A stretch of 64,000 nucleotides of DNA from Octopus bimaculoides (Eukaryota): the NCBI RefSeq assembly GCF_001194135.2, contig NC_068984.1, positions 104,837,658 through 104,901,657 of the forward strand, in the 5' to 3' direction. The position numbers and the translations under genes were made by a program. The notes below the pieces were generated by a model. That model saw only the letters and a program-made list of their open reading frames with translations, was not told the DNA's origin and ran no database searches. Every line of letters starts with the position of its first letter. The first letter of the stretch is position 1. Positions 1-14,929 of this stretch are shown here, piece by piece.

Positions 1-572
1 GATGGAGGGGTAGACAGAGGCATGGCGGGAGAAAAGATCATCATCATCACAAGTCATTTAATTTAAATGGAATCTCATCATTTCAAACAGTTTTTTTGCA
101 ACACACCTTGCCAAGCACCACTCACAAAACTCCACTGTTCAACCTGAATCATCTTCATTGAGAGCATGGACTGTTCTTGGAATGCCATATTTCCAATGAC
201 AGTACTTTAAACTGTAATAGATCCTTGATTTTGAAATCTCTATTTCATGACTCACTTGCTGTACAGATTTTCATGAATTCAGGCAATATGTTTTTAGTGA
301 CCTTTCTTGCTTTGAGAGGTTCATCAATATCTACAGTCTTCTAGAATTTATCTTCAGTTCAAGTGATGGTAAGTGATATCAGTAGATCTCTTTGAAACTC
401 ACTTCTAAACTGTCTTTGCTATTTGAGTTTTCAGACTCCCAGTAGCACTTTAGGACAAATTTCTAAGCTTTAGTTTGGTTCCCTTCTTTACTTTTAATGG
501 GTTAAATCTAAAAAGATATGAAAATTGAGTTATCAGCCTTTAAAGTGTGTATACATGTTTTGTGACATCCTC

Positions 573-594
573 TGTGTGTGTGTGTGTGTGTGTG

Positions 595-678
<84 letters not shown>
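573..678. repeat. (TG)n-(AG)n microsatellite running into an assembly gap
   Basis: Read directly; N run at 679-1200. Confidence 0.95.
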
Positions 679-1759
679 NNNNNNNNNNNNNNNNNNNNNN
701 NNNNNNNNNNNNNNNNNNNNNNNNNNNNNNNNNNNNNNNNNNNNNNNNNNNNNNNNNNNNNNNNNNNNNNNNNNNNNNNNNNNNNNNNNNNNNNNNNNNN
801 NNNNNNNNNNNNNNNNNNNNNNNNNNNNNNNNNNNNNNNNNNNNNNNNNNNNNNNNNNNNNNNNNNNNNNNNNNNNNNNNNNNNNNNNNNNNNNNNNNNN
901 NNNNNNNNNNNNNNNNNNNNNNNNNNNNNNNNNNNNNNNNNNNNNNNNNNNNNNNNNNNNNNNNNNNNNNNNNNNNNNNNNNNNNNNNNNNNNNNNNNNN
1001 NNNNNNNNNNNNNNNNNNNNNNNNNNNNNNNNNNNNNNNNNNNNNNNNNNNNNNNNNNNNNNNNNNNNNNNNNNNNNNNNNNNNNNNNNNNNNNNNNNNN
1101 NNNNNNNNNNNNNNNNNNNNNNNNNNNNNNNNNNNNNNNNNNNNNNNNNNNNNNNNNNNNNNNNNNNNNNNNNNNNNNNNNNNNNNNNNNNNNNNNNNNN
1201 ATATGTACATATATGTATATGTGTATGCATGTGTGCGTATATGCTAGTGTGTGTATATGTGTCTATGTGTGTATAGCATTTTTGAAACAATTGCCATTTA
1301 CTGTTACATAGTATTTTATTGCACTTTTAGTAACTTTCTTCTTAAAAATCATTAATTAGATATTATTAATTAAATATTTGAGATTGCTTATCATGTTGAG
1401 TGGTAGTAAGAGGTTAGCTTATAAAGTCTTATGGGGAAGCCATCTAGTGGATGTTCTAGGGGTGTGGTGATGGTGATACAAAATAGTAAATATTAAAATC
1501 AGAAATAAATTAAGAGTATTTTTGATTATTTAATTCAGCAAATACACTGATTGGAAAAATTGGGGAATTGAAATAAAATTAATTGGAAGTGAGTTGTTGA
1601 GAGAATTATTAATTTTAACACATACTTTTAATAGTAGCTTTGAATTTCACAAAATTTATTTATATGATAAAGACATGATAGTTTTCTTTGTATATTATGT
1701 TATCATTACTTTTTGAGTTCAAAACACGTGACATATATTAATGTGGATATGTGTCTTTA

Positions 1760-1970
1760 TGAGAAAGGGGAGGGCAGAGAATGGGGAAGTGGAGTGGATA
1801 GTGGTGGGGAGCAAGAGAGTAGAACCAGAAGGTGGAGAGAGAGAGAGGGTGGAGAGACAGATGGTGGAGGGAATGCAGGGGTAGAGAGAGAAAGAGTGGA
1901 GAGAGTTTAGTGAGAGTGGGGACGAGAAGAGAGAGGGGTGGGGAGAAAGAGAGGTGGTGAGAGAGAGAAT
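1760..1970. repeat. GA-rich polypurine low-complexity tract
   Basis: Almost only G and A on the + strand. Confidence 0.8.
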
Positions 1971-3545
1971 ATATAAACACTTGTACAATAAGCTAACCAC
2001 CTCTTTCTGGTGTTAACTACATTTTGAGCTTTTTTAATTTTTAATTTGAATTGTCATACAGGAATTTTTTAACTAGTAGAAAAGTTATGTATGGTAAAGT
2101 TAAATGAAGAAAAAATAAGTTGGAGCCAAACATTTTGGATATAGAATCAAAAAATGTTATATAAATATTATGTAGAATTGATAGTCAAAATATATTCTTT
2201 GTTTGTTCATTCATTTTACATCCATTTTTCTTTCTTGGTATGAATTTGATGAATATGGTATTGAAGCATTGTATTACAGTTGGTTGTTCTTCCTGATGCT
2301 AATTTCTATCAGTTTTTTTTTTCAAGTAAAGAATATCTTATTCCACATGGCTTTAAGGCATGAAGTAAGCAGATGATTTATGGATGGGAGAAATGCCAAC
2401 ACTCTATGTAAATAATATAAATAATAAGATATTCCTAGAATATTTTGAGGAGTATTTCTAATATCTAAGACTCATTTCAGGGAAACAAGTTAAACAGATA
2501 AAAATTATTTGGCCATAAATTTTAACTTTAAGATTAAATCTTAGCTAAAAATAAGAAAAAGATATGATGTCGAAATGAGGAATTTTCAACTTGTTGAAAA
2601 GACAAATTTTTGAAATATAAAATTTCTTGCTTAGTAATCATTAATGAAGAAAGAATTTCATCTTCCCAGCTGCAATAGTTTTTGTGATATGGAGCAAGCA
2701 GACACCCTAGTAATCAATGAAGCAAACAAACATGACAAAAGTAGAGACACTTCATGTCTTAATGGATAGAGAGAATAATGGTAATTGAGTGAAAAGGAAA
2801 GAGAAATGCAGGGCCTGAATAAACACACACACACGCACACGAGCATGCACACACACACAAGCATGCATGCACGCCNNNNNNNNNNCCCACACAAGAAATA
2901 GATACCATCTTCTCAATTTACAGGTCATTACATGACATATCACTTTTCAAATAGTTGAAAGTTATATACCCTTACAATTTAGAGTTAAATAACCAAGGAA
3001 GATATTTAGTATTTTCTTTCCAGTAGTTTTTGTAGTATTCATAGCTTGATAGTTTGTAGTGATGCATAGTTGAAAAGTAAACGAGAACATGTGAAACACT
3101 GGAAAAGAACATAACACATACCTATATATATTCGTGTTTGAATGTGTGATTTTTTTTTTTTGTTTCTTGATGTGTACAAATGTTTACACCCTCCCACAGT
3201 ATTTTAAATTACACACAAACTCACACAGTTATCAGAGGTAAAGTATGTTCTGAAAGCACAGTAGATAATGTAAGGATGGCAGAGAACGTTCAAGGACCTA
3301 TTGCCTTCTGTTGGTAACAAAAAGTTTCTTCCAAGAGAAAAAGGAAGATTGCATGTTATTTGTGTGCAATGAAGGATGTCAGCTGGATGGGAGGGGGGGG
3401 AGGAAACAGAAAGAAAAGAATCTGCTAAGCAGTCAAAAGTAGAAGGAGCTTGCAGAAGAGGATGACCAAGGAAGATTTGACAAGAGGTATGAATACTAAT
3501 ATTAGGACATGATCTTCATGCAAGAAATGAAAAATGACTGTAGCA

Positions 3546-3666
<121 letters not shown>

Positions 3667-4405
3667 ATGTGCTGCATTTCGTGGCATGGGAGACATACTT
3701 TTTTGAGAAAAAGTACCTTGAAGATTACCATGCATCTTCCACTATGCAAGTTGAGAAATTGTTGCTGTGGATTTCTAAAATCAATGGGGTGCTTGGAAAC
3801 AGTTGTAGTTAGGTGCTGATAGCTAATAGGTGGTCACATGAGTGATCACAGGGCAGTTAAAGTGAAGAGGCTAGTGTTGTCTACTACAGTGATACCCACC
3901 AGTAAACCACCATATAGGTGACCATTGTCTGATGATCAGATTAAGTGATGGGCATGACTACCCCACTAGTGAGTACTTGAAGTAGGAAAATAAAGCAGTT
4001 TTATTGTGGAGTAGGAGAAGAGATGCTTTCCAAAATTACTTTGGATTCCAAAGTTCCATAAGCTACTGTATAAAAATAGATTCCCAGCTGTTGCTAGAGA
4101 GGATACTAATAGATATTGTGCAGTCTTAATTAATGCGGCATCAAATGTTGTTCAAATAACTTTTGTAATGTCTTGTGATGCAGTATGCAAATCTTTTAGT
4201 GTAAAAGACCTATCCAACCAATACAAGCATAAAAAATTAGTATAAAGTGATGAGCATATTGAACACGCATATATACATATACACTTATATACATGTATTT
4301 TGTTCCTTAAGTTATATACACAGGCTGTAGATATGTAAGTACCCAATACATACATCTAGATTTGTCTATAGATGAGACATATGGTAGTGTTTAATTAAAC
4401 AATAA

Positions 4406-5918
4406 GTAGTTCTCCAGGCAATAACAGAGGAATTTAAGTCAGGCTGCCCCTGGGAGCTCCTCTATGCTGATGACCCTACTCTTGTAGCTGAATCACTACC
4501 AGAACTAGAGAAGTTTCAGGTGTGGAAGCAAGGTCTAGAATTGAAAGGCTTTAAAGTTAACCTAGCAAAAACTAAAATCTTAGTAAGTAGGAAAGCAGAG
4601 AAATGACAAATCCCTCCAGGTAGATAGATGACCCTGCTTGAAATGTAGAAAGGGCATAGGCAAAAACTCTATAAGATGCACCTGATGTAAGCTATGGATA
4701 CATAAGAGGTGCAGTAATATCAGAGGAAGGTTAACAGGGAAAATAGTTTTTGTGCGTGGATGGTGCACAGGTACAATTAACACTAAAAACGTACAGGAGA
4801 TAGATTCCATCACATGCCAGTGGAGAAAACTATGAGCTGATAGCTTCCGTTACCTAGGTGACCAGGTCAGTAGCAGGTGTGGATCCTCTGAGACCATAGC
4901 TGCTAGAATACAAATAGGCTTGGTAAAGTTCAGAGAGCTCCTACCTCTGCTGGCAACAAAGGGCCTCCCCATCAGAGTGAAAGGCAGACCATATGATTCC
5001 TATGTGTGAACAGCCATGCTACATGGCAGTGAAACATGGGCTGTGACTGCCGAAGACATGTATAGGCTTGTAAGAAATGAAGTTAGTATGCTTTGCTGGA
5101 TGTGTAATGTCAGTGTGCATGCACAACAGAGTGTAAGTGTCCTGAGAGAAAAGTTAGGCATAAGAGGCATCAGATGTGGTGTGCAAGAGAGATAACTGCA
5201 CTGGTATGGTCATGTGATGTGTATGGACAAGGACAGCTCTGTGAAGAAGTGTCACACTCTAATGGTGGAGGAAACCTGTGGAAGGGGTAGACCCAGGAAG
5301 ACATGGGACGAGGTGGTGAAGCATGACCCCCAAATGTTGGGCCCTACAGAGGCAATGACAAGCGACCGAGACCTTTGGCAATATGCCATGCTTGAGAAGA
5401 CCCATCAAGCCTAGTGAGATCATAATCATGGCTGATACCAGTGTCATATAACTGGCCTGTTAAAAGAACCCTTCAAATGTTGGGTAATATGCTGTGCTTG
5501 TGAAGAGCTGTTAAGCTGAATGAAATCATAGTCATGGCTGGTGCCAGTGTTGTCTGACTGGCACCCATACCAGTGATATGTAAAAAGCACCATTTAAGCA
5601 TTGGGCCTCATAGAAGCAGTGACAGGTGACTGAGACCTTTGGCAATATACTGTGTTGTGTAGACCTGTCAAGCCAAGGGAGACCATAGTCATAGCCAATG
5701 TCGGTGTCAAGTCAATGGCACCCATGCCAGTGGCACATAAAAAAAAGCACTCACTACACTCTTGGAGTGGTTGGTGTTAGGAAGGGCATCCAACTGAAGA
5801 AACCTTGGCAAATTAGATCAGAACCTGGTGTGGCTCCCTAGCTTACAAGTTTTCAGTCAAATCATCCAACCCATGGCAGCACGGAAAATGGATGTTAAAT
5901 GATGATGATGATGATGAT
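4406..5918 (+). mobile_element. 5'-truncated RTE-clade LINE (RT C-terminal half plus 3' UTR), decayed
   Basis: Translates as VLQAITEEFKSGCPWELLYADD...FRYLGDQVS...MLHGSETWAVT...GRGRPRKTWDEVVKHD. The 3' UTR has internal tandem duplications and ends in (GAT)n. Confidence 0.9.
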
Positions 5919-6079
5919 GGTGAAGTTTTAAAAATCAGAGCTGCAATACAGCTGATATGTTAAATCTAGAACATTGTTTAGGAACATGGAATATATCCCA
6001 TAAAATCATTGTATGTTTATTATCTCATATTGAGACATAGCTAGGCATGTTTCTGAAGGCCGTGAATACAACCTGATTT

Positions 6080-6970
6080 ACTGACTTATCAAGCAAAAGA
6101 ATGAATAAGGCATCTGGATTGTATTAACATGCAACAAAAGGGTGTCTGGTTTCTGGTTGCATGTAGATGAGACCTAGCTGCTTGGCATCAAACATGCATT
6201 ACCACCATGAAGAATGATCTTAAACTCATTGTTACATGAGGGAAGGACAATCTTGAATCCTTCACTAGCACAAAGAGAAGAAGACTGCTCACTGCAAGGA
6301 AACAATCTTGTCTCTCATTCTCTCTGTTCATGAATGACATTCACTTAAATCCCTAAAAGTTGCAGCAAATTCTACACATTACAGTCTCTGATGACCTTTA
6401 CTAGCAATCTCCATACATGATGTGTCAAAAACAGCATCACAAAGCCTGATCTTTCTGAACATTTTCTGTCCCTCTACAAAACTCAAATAAAACCAGTTAT
6501 GAAAATCTGCTTTCACTTCTCAAGTGATGTTGATGCTGTACTCAAAATACACCTAGGCTGCATCCAAAAGAAAGGCAATGATCTGATTGGCAAAGGTTCC
6601 TTCATGCACATTGTCTCTTCTCTTAACATATTCTACAACTACAGCAGCTTCTATTTCTCTGAACAACTAATCTGCATATGTTCACTAGCATGGCTCACTT
6701 GTACCCTGTTTTATAATCCATACTCTATCCTCCCCTGGTCCTGCACAAACCACAATGCCTTCTCTTTTCTCCCCAGAATTTTATTCCTCTGGAATTTCCT
6801 TATAACATACATTTTTCCTGTTGATATCTACTTAAAACTATTCAAGGTGAACATTAATCATATCAATCTCAAAAGTTTCAAAGGGCTTATAAGAGACCTC
6901 TGTTCCAACCTCCTGACTAAACCACACCAAAAAAGAGGATCCTTCTTGTCAACTTTTTGGTTTCCATTTT
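6080..6970 (+). mobile_element. Decayed CR1/L2-type LINE, RT C-terminal part
   Basis: LYKTQIKPVMKICFHFSS...HLGCIQKKGNDLIG resembles the CR1/L2 pattern LYKAQIRP-MEYC...LDRIQKRA-RLIG. A degenerate GSVLSP-LF motif lies upstream. Confidence 0.6.
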
Positions 6971-8689
6971 AGTCATATTTTGTTATTTTACCCAAATGTT
7001 TTACTCCCTTAAGACATTTTGCAAAACAATAGTTTTTTCACTTGATTCTTTTTCATTTGGTAGTAGCCACTCCCTATGTGATGCAATTCTGAGCAGCAAT
7101 GCTTCATGCACAAATAAGTAGAAGGGATAGAAAAATAAGGAGCTAACTGATGCAGGGAATTTACATAACTATATATTTAATTTTGATGTCTTATAGAAAT
7201 TGTATTTATATTTGTATCATGTGTTTAAGGATTTTATGAAAATTACATTAAATATGCTGATGGATTAAATATGTCGATAGTTCATGCTTCAATTTCTATA
7301 ATTGAAATAAATTTCAAACATTTTTGAGGAAGTGTTTCTGCAATGACCTTTGATGGTTATAGAATCAAATGTAATCAGTTGTTATTTGTGTGATTATTAA
7401 AATATCCTTTGTGCATCTATGGTTATAAATATCATGCTCTCATTTGTGGCTTAAAGTAAACCATTTGATATAATAATTTGAGGATTTATCTGTCCTACTA
7501 ACAACACATTTTAGTCATGTAGTCATTATATTTTGCAGTTTAATTATATTATTTGTTAATAGTGCAGGATGAAACATTCCCCTATATTAAAATCATGCTT
7601 GTCATGCAGTAAAGTGTAGTATTTAGCTAAATTGATTCTACCAAGTAACACATGTGCTGTAAAATTTTGATTCATTGCCAATTCAATTCGAGCAGCTTTC
7701 AGTATATGATTGATTTTCTGCCAAGACAATTCTATTGGCTATCATATGTGCTATAGAATCCTGATATTTTGCCAAATCAATTCCATTGGTTGACATGTGT
7801 GTTGTGTAATCTTTTGCAGTTCTTTTCGTTGACACACATGCTGGATAATGTTGGTTCCTTGTTGACTGGATTCTGCTGAGTACCAATACAGATGCTATGT
7901 CTGCTAAATACTATTGAATATATATATATGCAATGTTATCCGGGTATACAACAAAAAGTTTGTTTTCTTCCACATACAGACATACTGGACACATGTAATT
8001 AACTTAGACTTATAACAGAATATTCATTCATGAATTCAATTTTAGCTTTGAGTTTTGACTAATCTACTGAGCCTAAGCTTTTTAGTTTCACCACTGCACT
8101 GACCATTGACAAAAGAATATAGCACTAACAATTTATATAAGCTGAGCTACAAATTGCATTTATTGCAGAACTTGGAGACAAAACACCAAAGCTATTTATA
8201 AACTTGTCAGCGTGTTCATTTACTGAAACAAAAGTAGCTTATTGCTTAAGTTACCATCCACATCCTATTTTATCTTTTTTCTAATCTTAAAAAATTTTTC
8301 TCTCTGCAAAATCATTTAATTTCCAAACTACCTCTTCCTAAATGATAATAATAATAAAAAGAAACGAGAAGTATTTAAGAATCTAAACTGTTAAGCTTCA
8401 AGTGAAACTTTTCATAGTCATTACATATTAGCAGAAATCAGGATGTAAACTGTAAAAGAAGTATCAATAATAATAATAATGATAATCCTTTCTACTAAAG
8501 GCACAAAGTTTTAAATTTTGCAGGTGGGGGCTAGTCCATTACATAACAACAAGAATAATTAAAAAATAAAAATAATGATAACTATAATGATGCATTTAAT
8601 CAAAGTGACAAGGAAAACAAGAAGCACAGAAATGCCAGGAGAATTAAAAGAGAATTAAAATTTATTGTATACAGGTTGTTATGATTACA

Positions 8690-9535
8690 GTATAAGGGCT
8701 ACTATAGGAACAATATATATGGTGTATGGTAAAAGTATATAGGGTACAATGGTAACAGAATATAGGCTATTGTGGTAATAGTATATAGGCTACTATGATA
8801 ATATACAGGCAGCTATCTTAATAGCACCTAAGTTACTATAGTACTAGCATATAGGCTACTATGCTAAGAGGATTCAGGCTACTATTTAATAGTATACAGG
8901 TAACTATAGTAATAGGCTACTATGGTAATAGTATATAGGTTGTAATGGTAATAAAATATAAGATACTATGTTAATAGTATATAGCCATAGGCGTAGGAGT
9001 GGCTGTGTGATAAGTAGCTTGTTTACCAACCACATGGTTCTGGGTTCAGTCCCACTGCGTGGCACCTTGGGCAAGTGTCTTCTACTATAGCCTCGGGCTG
9101 ACCAAAGCCTTGTGAGTGAATTTGGTACACGGAAACTGAAAGAAGCCCGTCGTATATATGAATAAATATATATATATGTATGTGTGTCTGTGTTTGTCCC
9201 CCCACCATCACTTGACAACCAATGCTGGTGTGTTTACGTTCCCGTAACTTAGCGGTTCAGCAAAAAGAGACCAATAGAATAAGTACTAGGCTTACAAAGA
9301 ATAAGTCCTGGGGTCGATTTGCTCGACTAAAGGCGGTGTTCCAGCATGGCCGCAGTCAAATGACTGAAAAGAGTAAAAGAGTAAAGAGAGTCTACTATGG
9401 TAACAGTACATAAGCTATATTGCAATAGTATATAGGCTGCTATATCGATAGTATATAGTCTACTATGATAACAGTGTGTATGCTATATCGCAATAGTGTA
9501 TAGGCTACTATGGTGATAGCTTATAGGCTGCTATA
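8690..9535 (+). repeat. Degenerate ~23-bp minisatellite (consensus ~TATAGGCTACTATGGTAATAGTA), split by a SINE
   Basis: Repeated ggctactatggtaatagtatata variants on both sides of 8990-9390. Confidence 0.8.
8990..9390 (+). mobile_element. tRNA-derived SINE, head type B with tail P (ending GAGTAAAAGAG repeats); well-preserved copy
   Basis: A-box-like tggctgtgtgataag, B-box-like gggttcagtccc, CORE-like ggcaccttgggcaagtgtc. Related copies at 12648, 27325, 31955 and 56720. Confidence 0.85.
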
Positions 9536-10477
9536 ACAAGTAATTAAATGATGCATAACATAATTAATGTAGCAAGCCAAAAATATTTCTAATCAACTGA
9601 AATAAATCTGTAATGTAAAAAAAATTTGTGAGTGTTAATGAAAATTCTTGTGAAGGAAAGAAAGGGTGAAAACTCTGTAATTTAAATAGGTGAAAGATGA
9701 AATGGAAGAAGCAGTTAGAAATGGTTTTGAACTTTGATAGTTATGGTAACAGCTTCTGGCATGCTTCAGTGTCATTAGACTTTCTCAATAAAACAATAGT
9801 CTCAGTAATAATTACAAAGCCTTAAGGTGAATTTAAGAGGATATAGTGTTTGTGTGAAAATTATTCAACAATTACACACATGATTTATTGACACTGAAAA
9901 ATATCCTCCAGTATGAACATGAAGTGATTGAGGATATATATGATATCAGAATGTGATTAACAATAGTTGACAGATGTTGACAATATTACAATCAGGTGTT
10001 AGAAGACAATGCTGCTCACATATTTATCATCAGTAACTGACAGAAAGGTTTCCTAAATTAATACCATAACAGCATTTAGACAATAAGGAAGACCCCCATT
10101 TGGTCACTTAACTTGATAGGAATAACAGCCAAATCTCCTCAAATCACACCTTATTGTCTCAAAAAGAAAGAAAACAAATTTGCATATTATACTCTGAGGT
10201 AAACAATACCTAATAAAATGTAAGGTTGACAGTCAAGTTACTTATTGACAATGATGAAATATATATAATTCAATTTTTTCACTTAATTTTATGTGAGTAG
10301 AAATCAGTGATTGCAGCAATGATAATCATGTGAACTTGGTTGGTTCTATTCTTTACACACTTGGTTCATTCTTTTCTGCTTTCTAAAGAATTCAGAACCA
10401 ATTAAATAATGGTGCTTTTGTGTGTAGATCAATCATGTTCTTACTAAATGGTTGGCTGAGGAACCACACATATTTTA

Positions 10478-10985
<508 letters not shown>

Positions 10986-11689
10986 AGAACAGTTAACCAA
11001 ACCTGGCACTTTCAAATTAGTGACACTATCCATTATATCTAAAATAGTCAAAAAGGAATAGGTAGGAAGTCTTCACAATTTAATTAAGGTACTAAACAGG
11101 TACACAAGCAATGTTTCTCAGATAAGATGTGAGGGAATAAAAAGATATTCTCCAAAGATTGAAGCAATGAAAACTGAACTTTACAAGAAGTTAATAGGAA
11201 GTTAAGAATAGATTCTGTTTTCTTGCCTTAGAACTGGTTCCAGAGACTGAACAAGTGATAGTACATAGTATATATACTTGTATATAGTCTACATACAGTA
11301 TATTAGTATATAGTTATAGCAAATAAGATACAGTGTTTAGATATTCATTGTCCTGATTAGTGATAAAAAAATTTTCTTGCTGTTATGTAAGTGTTGTATG
11401 GCAATAAATGACACTGCTTTTGACACAATTTTCTGCATCATTGATTTCTACATTTCTGTGTGTTTTATGTAGCTGGCCTGATTCCCGCATTTTTTTCTAG
11501 AAGGTTGTTTTTATTGCATTATAAAAATGAAATATTTAATATTGATCTTTCAGAAATATTCTTAGTTCAAAACTGAATAATGATAAATAACAACATTCAC
11601 ATAGTTTTTGTGAGCATTTGCTGTTTGGGTTGATTCATTTAATAAGTTTTCTTTAGAAATGTATAACCTATGGTTATATATAACAATTG

Positions 11690-12049
11690 TGGAGGCACAA
11701 TGGCCCAGTGGTTAGGGCAGCGGACTCGCGGTCATAGGATCGCGGTTTCGATTCCCAGACCGGGCGTTGTGAGTGTTTATTGAGCGAAAACATCTAAAGC
11801 TCCACAAGGCTCTGGCAGGGGATGGTGGCAAACCCTGCTGTACTCTTTCACCACAACTTTCTCTCACTCTTACTTCCTGTTTCTGTTGTGCCTGTAATTC
11901 GAAGGGCCAGCCTTGTCACACTGTGTCACGCTGAATATCCCCGAGAACTACGTTAAGGGTACACGTGTCTGTGGAGTGCTCAGCCACTTGCACGTTAATT
12001 TCATGAGCAGGCTGTTCTGTTGATCGGATCAACTGGAACCCTCGACGTC
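11690..12049 (+). mobile_element. tRNA-derived SINE, head type A with tail X (young; runs into a gap)
   Basis: ggaggcacaatggcccagtggttagggcagcggactc...ggtttcgattccc (A and B boxes). Near-identical copies at 23704 and 36046. Confidence 0.9.
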
Positions 12050-12375
12050 NNNNNNNNNNNNNNNNNNNNNNNNNNNNNNNNNNNNNNNNNNNNNNNNNNN
12101 NNNNNNNNNNNNNNNNNNNNNNNNNNNNNNNNNNNNNNNNNNNNNNNNNNNNNNNNNNNNNNNNNNNNNNNNNNNNNNNNNNNNNNNNNNNNNNNNNNNN
12201 NNNNNNNNNNNNNNNNNNNNNNNNNNNNNNNNNNNNNNNNNNNNNNNNNNNNNNNNNNNNNNNNNNNNNNNNNNNNNNNNNNNNNNNNNNNNNNNNNNNN
12301 NNNNNNNNNNNNNNNNNNNNNNNNNNNNNNNNNNNNNNNNNNNNNNNNNNNNNNNNNNNNTATATATATATATAT

Positions 12376-12635
12376 CGTGCCAGTGCCATGTAAAAAGCAC
12401 CATCTGAATGTGGTCGATGCTAGCCCTCTGTTCCTGACTTGCTCCTGTGCCAGTGGCACATAAAAAAGCACCCACTACACTCTCAGAGTGGTTGATGTTA
12501 GGAAGGGTATCCAGTTGTAGAAATATTGCCAGATCAGATTGGAGCCTGGTGTGACCTCCTGGCTTGCCAGTCCCCAGTCAAACCATCCAACCCATGCCAG
12601 CATGGAAAACAGACGTTAAACGATGATGATGATGA
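12376..12635 (+). mobile_element. RTE 3' UTR fragment ending in (GAT)n
   Basis: Matches the 3' ends of 4406-5918 and 60807-62809. Confidence 0.8.
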
Positions 12636-12647
12636 TATATATATATA

Positions 12648-12915
12648 TTTCTTTATCGTTTACTTGTTTCACTCATTAGACTGTAGCCATGTTGAGACAC
12701 CATCTTGATACATTAAGATGAACAAATCAAAACCAGTACTTAGTATTTTAAAGTCTGGTACTTATTCTTTCACTTTCCATCTACCAAGCCCACCCACAAG
12801 GCTGGTTGGCCTGGGGTTATAATAAAAAACACTTGCCCAAGATGTCACACAATGAGACTGAATCTGAAACCATGTGGTTGCAAAGCAAGTTTATTACCAC
12901 ACAACCATGCCTGCA
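12648..12915 (-). mobile_element. SINE head B with tail P, decayed
   Basis: Reverse complement of parts of 8990-9390. Confidence 0.7.
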
Positions 12916-12938
12916 ACTGTGTGTGTGTGTGTGTGTGT

Positions 12939-12973
<35 letters not shown>

Positions 12974-13074
12974 TTCTGTATTTAATCATTTAAATTCTTC
13001 CTCTGAAGAAGGAGAGAAGGGGTTAGTTTCTAACAGAAGTACAAAGCTTCATCTTTGGAAGGTAGATAAAGAAA

Positions 13075-14720
13075 ACAATGTTACATTTTAAACCTGAGAA
13101 AAGTTTTGCATAGTTCCACTTACAGATTGTATTTGTAAAGTGTAAATTAGTTGGTTGATTTCTTTTTCTGTAAATCCAAGCTTATCCAGACTGACAGTTA
13201 GGCACTTACTTACAAAACCAAGTGCTCTAATTATTAGTGGTATAAATGCAAATTTGTAATCTGGATGTAGAAGCTGGAAGTTTTGAAGCAGTTGTCAATA
13301 GTTATCTTCTTTCTCCTTGATTTTTAAAGAGATATTCACATCAACAGGACAACTGATCTCTGATGGTACATACTTTTTCTTGTCTGTCCCAAACAACAAT
13401 ATCCAGCCTGTTATGCTTACACTTGACAGCTGTTTTTATGGGAATGCTCCACCAGTATTCCTTGTGCTGTTACTTGTGCACATATTCAATAACAAGGGGA
13501 TTCTTTATATTTATTTCAGGACAGTCTTTTATCTGAATGGCATTGTATATTGTTTTTGTGACAGCATCATGTCATTTTTGGGCAGCTGCTAATCACATGT
13601 GGGATGTCTTCAACAGAAATATGACATAATCCACATTTATGATTGCATATTGGAACCCCAAGGGCTTCACTGTCTCCTTTGTTGACGATTAGGTATTTAT
13701 TTAGTTGCAATTTCCTGTTCTTGGATTACAAATGCACAGCCTTTGAAGTGGGATGTGATGTTGCAGCTACGAGTCCAAAAAAGGCTTTGCGTGATGTCAA
13801 TGTTACTGTCTTCTTCAAGTCTACAAGAAATATACCCATGCATGGTCTTTTTTTGGTATGTTGAGCATTTCACTTCCAGGTCAGCTTTGAGGTATGCTAG
13901 TCAATACTTAGTTCATGTATTTATTTTTGCTGCTGTTGTTTAGCAAGTGCTGTCTGGCAGACAATGTAACATTCAAAGGCTACACTGATCTCAAGCCCCC
14001 TACCTCCTTTATCTCTTCTTAGGTAGAACCAGTCAATATCACTAATTCCAGTTGATGTTAGAATCTTGCAGGTTTTAATGTCTATGGAGTGGATTTCTTC
14101 TACGGGCCAGTCAAATATCCCACATGTTGGAATCAGCACTGGTACTGAAAATGAATTGTGAGAGATATTCTCTTGTAAGAGGAGAGTTCAGACTGACATA
14201 TTTTTCTTACTCTGGTGTAATATTCTAGGATCACTCTAGTTTTTCACACAGTACTTTGGTGTGATATATTTTCATCAATGCCAAGGTATCTGTAGCATTC
14301 TTTGTAGAGGACAGGAGAGATAGTGAGACCATTCATGCACAGGTTTTGTGTCCCTGTTCAACAAGAAGAAATGTTCTTTAACATTTCTTCTGGCCAAATT
14401 CCATTCCGGTGTCAGTTGAAAATGTTATTAACTCCAGTTATTTTGTGGTATTAACATTTTTAGCATAAATCTTGAGGTCATCCACACAGAAATTAAGAGT
14501 TACATTCATATCTCTTGCAGTTGCAGACCCTAGCATGTAGCTGTTTGTTTTTTGTAGCAGGAATAATAATAGGTTTAATGCCAAAATGAACAGAAGTATA
14601 GAGAGACTATCTCCCTGGAATATTCCCATTGAAATATTTATGGCATTATAGACAACTGTTCCATTCTTTGTTCTAAGTATGATGATTGTGGCTCAGGTCT
14701 TTGTGGGCCTCTCAATGACA
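13075..14720 (-). mobile_element. Decayed R4/Dong-type non-LTR retrotransposon (RT, CCHC knuckle, restriction-like endonuclease)
   Basis: GIFQGDSLS...FCVDDLKIYAK; YRYLGIDEN; SDIDWFYLRRDKGGRGL; CGLC-X8-H-X4-C (CGLCHISVEDIPHVISSC, ~13582-13635); EYWWSIPIKT...HNRLDIVVWD; YKFAFIPLIIRALGF. Confidence 0.85.
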
Positions 14721-14881
14721 GCAATCAAGGTAGCAAGTCTTTTGCCAAATAGAAACACTTCAGCAGCCATGAGTGGGATATAGTCAAATGCCTTCCTATA
14801 ATCAAGCCATACTGTTGTAAGACTGTAAGGCTCCTACGATGTTTTTTTATGTATGTATGTATGTACGTATGCATGCATGCA

Positions 14882-14929
<48 letters not shown>

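Noticed and set aside
3880-3990. Patchy similarity to 5S rRNA (accacc..gtctgat..agtacttg)
   Set aside because: Only scattered short matches; not a 5S gene, and a 5S-derived SINE is unproven.
7683-7886. Short ORF with two imperfect ccaatRgaattg..ttggca repeats (PMELIW/PIELSW, Tc1-like)
   Set aside because: Too short and degenerate to assign.
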